A stretch of DNA of 63,858 nucleotides, the filler included, from Octopus bimaculoides (taxonomy: Eukaryota), in NCBI RefSeq assembly GCF_001194135.2. It is 4 parts of 4 records of this genome, joined end to end, with 100 filler letters (N's around TTAATTAATTAA, not from the genome) between each part and the next. Parts side by side here need not be neighbours in the genome. Positions count along the whole stretch, not along the records: positions 50,639 to 60,632 come from NC_068998.1; positions 60,733 to 63,858 come from NW_026384395.1; 2 more parts are not named here. One strand, 5' to 3'. Each line of letters opens with the position of its first letter. Positions within the stretch are counted from its first letter, which is position 1. This document shows, piece after piece, positions 54,570-63,858 of this stretch. Below the pieces are notes generated by a model, which was given only the letters and a program-made list of their open reading frames with translations, ran no database searches and had not been told where the DNA came from. The translations under genes were made by a program, and so were the position numbers.

Positions 54570-55460
54570 AATTTGGTGGTGGTGGTGGTGGTGGTGGTGG
54601 TGGTATGGGAGTGGAGATGAGAGTGCGTATAACAAAAGAATGAAATGGCAGCACATCATAATAATATCATCCACCATCATCGTTATCACCATCATCGTAA
54701 TCATCATCATTATCATCAGTTTCATGTGCCTCCTTTTTCATCATCTGCATCATAATCGCCGTCACCATTAGCACCACCACCACCACAACAACAACAACAA
54801 CAGGCATCATCATCATCACCACCTACACCACTACCATCATCATCAACACAACCTGCATCATCATCTTCATCATCACCACCGCCACCACCACCACCATCAT
54901 CATCACAACCATCATCATCATCATCATCATCATCATCGTCATCACAACTGCCATCATCATCATCATCACCACCTCCACCACAATCATCATCATCATCATC
55001 ATCAGTGTTAGCAATACTCTTAATGTCATGTTTTTGTTCTCAACAACTCTCTCCACCACCACCACCACCACCACCACCTCCGTCGCCACCACCATGACCT
55101 CCGTCGCCACCACCACAATGAACATGAACAACGCCAATACCAGCATCCCCGCAACCGTTATCATCACCATCACCACCATCATCATTACAATGACCACCGA
55201 CTTCCCCTCTACCGCCAACACCAACTCCACTACCACCATCCCCATCAACATCACCACAATTTCGACGACCATCACAAACACCGCTAACAACAACAACAAC
55301 ACTTAGAGCGCCACTAATACCAGTTCCAAAACCACCACCACCACTACCACCACTACCACCACTACCACAAGCAACAGAACATACATCAATACCACCGTTG
55401 CCATCACTACCACCACCACCAACAACAACAACAACAACAAAAGCAACAATAACAACAGTG
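54570..55460. repeat. CAC/CAT/CAA trinucleotide mosaic (preceded by GGT run)
   Basis: Direct reading; source of the V/M-rich and T-rich ORFs. Confidence 0.85.
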
Positions 55461-55714
55461 ACAACAACAAATTTACGATGAATCTCGTCAGCCATTTTAA
55501 TTAATTTCTTTTTATTTATTTTCTCGTAAAACTTTTATCTGCGAGACATGGCAGAATGGTTAGCGTGGGAAGAGGCAAAGCTTGAAAAATCCAGGTTCGA
55601 TTAGCGCTGGTTATGAATCGTTTTCGTAAACTGTGTAATATCGCTCACTGCTAGAAATAGCAGTCAAGACACGCTAAAACCACAGAACTACGTTAATCGT
55701 TAGCGGACCTATAA

Positions 55715-55746
<32 letters not shown>

Positions 55747-55973
55747 ATAATAATAATAATAGTGGCTTCAAATTTTTTCACGAGGCCAGCAGTATTGGGG
55801 GAGGGGATAAGTCGATTACATCCAAACTAGTGGCCAACAGCAACTTATTTTATCGACCCCGAAAAGATGAAAGGCAAAGTCTACTCCGACGGATTTTGAA
55901 CTCACAACGTAAATACGGACGAAATGTTGTTAAGCATTTTGCTAACGGTTCTGCCTGCTCACCGCCCGACAGC

Positions 55974-56013
<40 letters not shown>

Positions 56014-56779
56014 TGTTATATAATATGATTTGTGATAAAGAAAGAGAGACAGACAGACAGACAGACAGAGAGGGACAGAGAGAGGATGAGAGAAAGCTTT
56101 ATATAATACATAAAACGCCATGCTGCTAATGAGGACTCGAAGCGTAGATCGTGACAATAAATGTCTGCTTATAAAACACTTTTACGAGATTTAAAAGCAA
56201 TGCAAATGTTTGGAGAGGAACGAAGAAAATTTTGCTGCAGACAACAAAGGAAAGACAACTCTGCAAAGCTTCTTGTCTTGTGCGTTCATGTGTGTGTGTG
56301 TATATACATACTGACAATTCTGAAAAGGTCTTGTGCGTGTATGTATGCGCGTTTATATCTTGGTGTGCGTTTCATTTATATTAATTTGTATTGTTTTGTT
56401 GTTTTATTTTTCTTAGGTGTTTCTTACGTTATTTATTAGTTAATTTGTTTGTGTATTTGTTTATTCACGTGTTTTGTATTAAATTTGTGATATGTTTACG
56501 TTTTCTTCGTATTTTTGTTTTGTTTTGTGGCATGGTGTGGGGAGGGCATAGTAAACACAAAGTTCTGTGATAGATGTGTGTGTGTGTGTATTTGTTGTTG
56601 CTTTGAGCGCATGTCTGTGTGAATGTATATATGTGCTTATGTTTGCTCGTGTGTGTGTGTATGTTCATGTTAATGCGTGTAGATTTCTCCCTCTGTTAGT
56701 GTTAGTGTGTGCGTTCGTGTATGTATAGCTCTGTATGTGTGTGACGATGAACGGGTGTCTGTGTGTTGATCTTATCATA

Positions 56780-56922
56780 CGTGGTCTGATCAATAAGTAT
56801 CCGGATTGTCGCCATAGTAACGAAGCTAAATCACGCAGAGTAAAGCCGCTGGGCACAGGTTCACCTTGAATTCTGCTGTGCATGCGCACTAAATTTCAAC
56901 GTTTGGTTTCTCTTCCGCTGTT

Positions 56923-56925
<3 letters not shown>
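56780..56925 (+). mobile_element. Mariner-like element terminus
   Basis: TA|CGTGGTCTGATCAATAAGTATCCGGATT resembles mariner TIRs; truncated by (TA)n and a gap. Confidence 0.55.
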
Positions 56926-56956
<31 letters not shown>

Positions 56957-57304
56957 NNNNNNNNNNNNNNNNNNNNNNNNNNNNNNNNNNNNNNNNNNNN
57001 NNNNNNNNNNNNNNNNNNNNNNNNNNNNNNNNNNNNNNNNNNNNNNNNNNNNNNNNNNNNNNNNNNNNNNNNNNNNNNNNNNNNNNNNNNNNNNNNNNNN
57101 NNNNNNNNNNNNNNNNNNNNNNNNNNNNNNNNNNNNNNNNNNNNNNNNNNNNNNNNNNNNNNNNNNNNNNNNNNNNNNNNNNNNNNNNNNNNNNNNNNNN
57201 NNNNNNNNNNNNNNNNNNNNNNNNNNNNNNNNNNNNNNNNNNNNNNNNNNNNNNNNNNNNNNNNNNNNNNNNNNNNNNNNNNNNNNNNNNNNNNNNNNNN
57301 NNNN

Positions 57305-57363
<59 letters not shown>

Positions 57364-57912
57364 CATACATACATACAGACAGACACGTCCGTTCACATAT
57401 GTACATGCGTGTGTTTGTGCTTCTCTGGAAACACCTAACTTGTAGTGTATGTTCAGCGCCCCGTCGTCACCTCCTAAATTTGTTTAATTTTAGTTGATTT
57501 ACTAAGTTACCGTGTTAAAAGTGGAATGACATAGGATAACACGGTCTATTTAATTAAAGTTTTCAGGTTTGTTGTATATATGTGGCGCATGGGGGTACTT
57601 TGTAGCGCAGTGTTTGCGGATAGTGTGGGCTTTATCTTGTAACAAATAATGTGTGTTTATATGAAAACTAACAGGAACCAATAACATAAGAAATAAACAT
57701 AAAACAGTTAAAATACAAAAAAAAGGGGGGGAAATAAGCAAAATATATATATACTAGAAAAACAAAATGGACGAAAGAACAGCAAATGTAACGTGTCGTA
57801 AATATCAACAACGGTGGTAAAACGAACGAAGACAGACTAATTAGATAATATTGGTAAACGCAATACAACTGTTGTCTTCCTACTACTACTACTACTACTA
57901 CTACAAATAATG

Positions 57913-57949
<37 letters not shown>

Positions 57950-59164
57950 GTGCACGACATCAACGATCGCTGCCAATGTAATAACAACGATACAAACATG
58001 TATATGAGTGTATTTATCTACATGTAAACAGACAAACAGACAGACAGACAGACAGATACATAGTTTAGTATAATACACACACTCGCACACATACATATTC
58101 TCTCTTACATGTTTCACGCATTGGAATGAAGCCTCGGAAAGGTGTCGAATAAATTGCCCCCAGTTCTTATTCAAATCTGGTACTTATTCCATTGAGCTGT
58201 TTTCTGACGAACAGCTAAGTTATAGGAAGATAAAGAAACCAACACCAGTTGTCAAGCATCAGTGAGGGAGACATACACAGCGGCACACACACTACTAGCT
58301 AGTAATTTCTACTAAAGCCTCGGGCAGACCAAAGCCATAAGCGAATTTGGTACAGGAGAAACTGAAAGAAACTTGTTGTATATATATATATATATATATA
58401 TNNNNNNNNNNNNNNNNNNNNNNNNNNNNNNNNNNNNNNNNNNNNNNNNNNNNNNNNNNNNNNNNNNNNNNNNNNNNNNNNNNNNNNNNNNNNNNNNNNN
58501 NNNNNNNNNNNNNNNNNNNNNNNNNNNNNNNNNNNNNNNNNNNNNNNNNNNNNNNNNNNNNNNNNNNNNNNNNNNNNNNNNNNNNNNNNNNNNNNNNNNN
58601 NNNNNNNNNNNNNNNNNNNNNNNNNNNNNNNNNNNNNNNNNNNNNNNNNNNNNNNNNNNNNNNNNNNNNNNNNNNNNNNNNNNNNNNNNNNNNNNNNNNN
58701 NNNNNNNNNNNNNNNNNNNNNNNNNNNNNNNNNNNNNNNNNNNNNNNNNNNNNNNNNNNNNNNNNNNNNNNNNNNNNNNNNNNNNNNNNNNNNNNNNNNN
58801 NNNNNNNNNNNNNNNNNNNNNNNNNNNNNNNNNNNNNNNNNNNNNNNNNNNNNNNNNNNNNNNNNNNNNNNNNNNNNNNNNNNNNNNNNNNNNNNNNNNN
58901 NNNNNNNNNNNNNNNNNNNNNNNNNNNNNNNNNNNNNNNNNNNNNNNNNNNNNNNNNNNNNNNNNNNNNNNNNNNNNNNNNNNNNNNNNNNNNNNNNNNN
59001 NNNNNNNNNNNNNNNNNNNNNNNNNNNNNNNNNNNNNNNNNNNNNNNNNNNNNNNNNNNNNNNNNNNNNNNNNNNNNNNNNNNNNNNNNNNNNNNNNNNN
59101 NNNNNNNNNNNNNNNNNNNNNNNNATATATATTTATATACACTCATATATTCAGCTATAGCCTT

Positions 59165-59172
59165 CTTCAAAC

Positions 59173-59222
<50 letters not shown>

Positions 59223-59225
59223 GTA
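59165..59225. repeat. (GATA)n microsatellite
   Basis: Direct reading. Confidence 0.95.
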
Positions 59226-60145
59226 AACACATAGGAGGTTAGGTAGGGTAGATACAGAGAGATGTTGAGAGGAGTGTAGAAACGGATGTATATATACATT
59301 CGTAATTATATAAACTATTTAATCGAAATGTATTTCAAATATCACTTCCGTATCATGGATATACACATGTAGGCACCCATGCCTACATGTGTGTGTCTGT
59401 ACCTGTTTATGCATTTATGCATGCGAGTCTCACTCCCTTTCTTTCGCTCTCTTCCACTCCACCCACCCCTTTCGCCCTCTAACCTCTGCTGCTTCATTGA
59501 ACAAAGAATATCTTCCAAGATTCTCAATCAATACACGACGTATAGTCATACTGCCTGAGGACAGATAGGCAACAACAACGTTTTACTCTTGTAATTAACT
59601 AATATTAATTTCCATTGTACACTTGGCTAACAACCACCACCACCACCGCCGCTGCCACCACTCGAGCGACCACCCTCACTGCTGCCACGACGAGTGCCAA
59701 TCACTACGACAATGACGAGGACTACTAACACAACAACCATCACCAGCACAGTGACGACGACGACGATGTCTATGATGGAGTATAGAACAACCGTCCAACT
59801 GTTCTACTTCTAAAACCCTGCAAACCCTGCATTTCTGATCCCTACGAAAATATTCTACCAGATCTATTTGCATCGGAAACTTTGGACGAAGTAATTCTAA
59901 CATCGATTGATAAAGGTAAAAGCAGAGTATACACCGCGTTTTTGTTTTATATCTTTTAATTATTTTCTTTCAGACATCGGACTGCAGCCATGCTGGAGCA
60001 CTGCTGTGAAGGGTTTAGTCGAACACATCAAACCCAGGACATTTTAAAACCTTTTTTTTTTCTGCCTTACCGCAAAGTTACGTAGCCATATACACAACAC
60101 CGGTTGTCGAGCGGTGCTGGTGGAGAAGTAAACACACACGCGTAT

Positions 60146-60398
60146 GTCATCGAAGTATTATCGATCGATGAGACATGATGTTGTGGCCTGGAAACTGTAT
60201 CAAGAGATCCGTCAAAATGATGACCCCGAAGACAAAGAAATAAGAACACACAGTATGGTAGAAGCCATCGGCTCTCACATCAAAGAGGAATACTGATGGA
60301 ATGTCCCTGTGAAAACCTTAATAATATGTAAAAGCAATAGACCTGACATAATGATTTGGGATAGAGAAGAGAATCTGTGCACAGTTGTGGAAATTAGT
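60146..60398 (+). mobile_element. R4/NeSL-type LINE fragment (CCHC end to REL endonuclease start)
   Basis: MRHDVVAWKLYQEI...EEY*WNVPVKT..CKSNRPDIMIWDREENLCTVVEIS (RHD and RPD..D motifs). Confidence 0.8.
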
Positions 60399-60632
60399 TC
60401 TTTTGGTGTACGACTTTCCAGTATAAGAACCTGATCACTGATCTGCATTCAACTGCCTCCATTATAACACGTTAGTCCACTTCAGCAGTTGTAAAAGATA
60501 AACGAATACTAGTGGAGAGCTTCGATTTACAATGTGACATGTATAATTATATCTATACAAGTTCCGTTTCTTGCAGATCGCCTGGTTAGATCTCATAATC
60601 CAGTCATGAAGTGCTTAATTTTGGTTTTAAAA

Positions 60633-60732
60633 NNNNNNNNNNNNNNNNNNNNNNNNNNNNNNNNNNNNNNNNNNNNTTAATTAATTAANNNNNNNNNNNN
60701 NNNNNNNNNNNNNNNNNNNNNNNNNNNNNNNN
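60633..60732. other. Synthetic scaffold-join linker 44N-TTAATTAATTAA-44N
   Basis: Same structure as the other two. Confidence 0.92.
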
Positions 60733-63700
60733 GAACGAACGAACGAACGTACGTAGGAACGAACGAACGTGCCTAAGTACGTACGAAAGAAAGATCGTAC
60801 GTACGTAAGAACGAACGATCTAACTATCGAACCAACGATCCAACGAACGAAAGAAAGAACGTACGTACGTAATAACGTTCGTTTAATCGTACTGACGTAC
60901 GTACGTTCATTCTTTTATTCGTACGTTCGATTGAACGAACGAAGGTAGGTGAGTACGAACGAACGAACGTACGTGAGTACGAACGAACGTACGTGAGTAC
61001 GAACGAACGAACGTACGTGACTACGAACGAACGAACGTACATTCGTACGATCTAGCGAACAAACGAACGAAAGAAATAGCGACAAAACGATAGTAAGTAT
61101 GTAAGTACGAATGAACGAACATACGTACGTCCGTACGTACGTACATACGAACGAACGAACGAACGTACGCACGTACAAACGTAAGGACAAACGAACGAAC
61201 GAACGTACGTAGGAACGAACGTACGTAGGAACGAACGTACGTAGGAACGAGCGTACGTAGGAACGAACGTACGTAGGAACGAACGTACGTAGGAACGAAC
61301 GAACGTGCGTAAGTACGTACGAATGTGCGATCGTACGTCCGTAAGAACGAACGATCTAACGATCGAACGAACGATCCAACGAAAGAAAGAACGTACGTAC
61401 ATAATAACGTTCGTTTGATCGTACTGACGTACGTACGTTCTTTCTCTTATTCGTACGTTCGATTGTTCGTTCGTTCGCTCGTACGTACCTTCATTCGTTC
61501 GTTCGTTCGTTCGTTCGTAAGTACGTACTTTTGTTCGTTCTTTTGTTCCTTCCAACGTACGTAATTACGAACGAACGAACGTAATTACGAACGTACGTAG
61601 GAACGAACGAAGGAACGAACGAGCCAACGAACGAATGAACGAACGAGCGAATGAACGAACGAACCATCGAAATAACGAACGTACGTACGTACGTAGAATA
61701 GAACGAACGAAGGAAGGATCAAACGATGGAATGATCTAACGAAGGAACAGAAGAACGAACGAACGAACGTACGTACGTACGAACGATCGAACGAAAGAAC
61801 GAAAGATTGAAAGAAAGAACGAAACTGAGTACGAACGAAGGAACGTACGTTCGTTCGATCTAACGAACAAACGTACGAAAGAAATAGCGACAAAACGAAA
61901 GTAAGTACGTAAGTACGAATGAACGAACCTACGTACGTTCGTACGGACGTACGTACGAACGAACGAACGAACGTACACACGTACAAACGTTAGGACGAAC
62001 GAACGAACGTACGTAGGAACGAACGAACGTACGTAGGAACGATCGTACGTACGTAAGAACGAACGATCTAACGATCGAATGAACGAAAGAAAGAACGTAC
62101 GTACGTAATAACGTTCGTTTGATCGTACTGACGTACGTACGTTCTTACTTTTATTCGTACGTTCGATTGTTCGTTCGTTCGCTCGTACATACCTTCATTC
62201 GTTCGTTCGTTCGTTCGTTCGTTCGTACGTAGTACTTTTGTTCGTTCTTTTGTTCCTCCGAACGTACGTAATTACGAACGAACGAACGTAATTACGAACG
62301 TACGTAGGAACGAACGAATGAACGAACGAGCCAACGAACGAGCGAATGAACGAACGAACCATCGAAATAACGAACGTACGTACGTAGAATAGAAAGAACG
62401 AAGGAAGGATCAAACGATGAAGAAAGAACGAAAGATTGAACGAACGAACGTACGTAAGTACGAACGAACGAACGTACGTGAGTACGAACGAACGAACGTA
62501 CATTCGTACGATCTAACGAACAAACTAACGAAAGAAATAACGACAAAACGATAGTAAGTAAGTAGGTACGAATGAACGAACATACGTACGTTCGTACGTA
62601 CGTTCGTACGAACGAACGAACGAATGTACGCACGTACAAACGTAAGGACGAACGAACGAACGAACGTAATTACGAACGTAATTACGAACGAATGAACGTA
62701 ATTACGAACGTACGTAGGAACGAACGAATGAACAAACGAGCCAACGAACGATCGAATGAACGACCGAACCATCGAAATAACGAAAGTACGTAAGTAGAAT
62801 AGTACGAACGAAGGAAGGATCAAACGATGAAATGATCGAACGAAGGAACAAAAGAACGAACGAACGATCGAACGAAAGAACGATAGCTTGAACAAACGAA
62901 CGTACGTGAGTACGAACGAACGAACGTACATTCGTTCGATCTAACGAACAAAGAAACGAAAGAAATAGCGAGAAGACGATAGTAAGTATGTAAGTACGAA
63001 TGAACGAACATACGTACGTTCGTACGTACGTACATACGAACGAACGAACGAACGTACGCACGTACAAACGTAAGGACGAACGAACGAACGAACATACGTA
63101 TGAACGAACGAACGTGCGTAAGTACGTACGAAAGAACGATCGTACGTACGCAAAAACGAACTATCTAACGATCGAACGAACGTTCCAACGAACGAAAGAA
63201 AGAACGTACGTACGTAATAACGTTCGTTTGATGGTACTAACGTACGTACGTTCTTTCTTTTATTCGTACGTTCAATTGTTCGATCGTTGGCTCGTACGTA
63301 CCTTCATTTGTTCGTTCGTTCGTTCTTACGTACGTACTTTCGTTCGTTCTTTTGTTCCTTCGAACGTGCGTAATTACGAACGAACGAACGTAATTACGAA
63401 CGAACGAACGTAATTACGAACGTATGTAGGAACGAACGAAGGAACGGACGAGCCAACGAACGAACGAACGAACGAACGAGCGAATGAACGAAAGAACCCT
63501 CGAAATAACGAACGTACGTACGTACGTAGAATAGAACGATCGAAGGAAGGATCAAACGATGGAATGATCGAACGAAGGAACAAAAGAACGAACGAACGAA
63601 CGTACGAACGAAGAAACGTACGTTCGTTCGATCTAACGAACAAACGAACGAAAGAAATAGCGACAAAACCAAAGTAAGTACGTAAGTACGAATGAACGAA

Positions 63701-63858
63701 CAGACGTACGTTCTTATGGACGTACGTACGAACGAACGAACGAACGTACACACGTACAAACGTAAGGACGAACGAACGAACGAACGAACGAACGAACGAA
63801 CGTGCGTGAGTACGTACGAAAGAATGGCCGAACGTACGTATGTACGTACGTACGTACG
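60733..63858. repeat. Complex CGAA/CGTA-based satellite with higher-order repeats
   Basis: Built from 4-bp words; diagnostic motifs (AAATAGCGACAAAACGA, GAAGGAAGGATCAAACGATG, CGTACAAACGTAAGGAC) recur every ~430-810 bp. Confidence 0.95.

Noticed and set aside
60733-63858. Satellite as CRISPR array or repetitive protein gene
   Set aside because: No unique spacers and no cas genes; open frames on several frames and both strands arise simply because the 4-mer words rarely form stops.

Overview
Eukaryotic, AT-rich, microsatellite-saturated non-coding DNA with many N gaps. The SINE/LINE families look like those of Octopus (probably O. bimaculoides), which is recognition rather than a database match. 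I found no host protein-coding exon I can support. Almost all ORF-track entries are microsatellite read-throughs or N runs. Recognisable content is transposon debris: Penelope GIY-YIG, RTE and R4/Dong LINE fragments, Helitron Rep, Tc1/mariner fragments, Tigger- and piggyBac-like MITEs, and at least three tRNA-derived SINE families. Three identical 100-bp synthetic linkers (44N-TTAATTAATTAA-44N) show the window is four joined scaffolds. The second scaffold (31494-50538) is strongly CpG-depleted. The most unusual signals are (i) a 3.1-kb CpG-saturated CGAA/CGTA satellite with ~700-bp higher-order units carrying a built-in inverted block, (ii) two independent R4/Dong LINE insertions into TAA microsatellites, and (iii) several long hairpins/palindromes. 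I do not see convincing evidence of a new multi-gene system.
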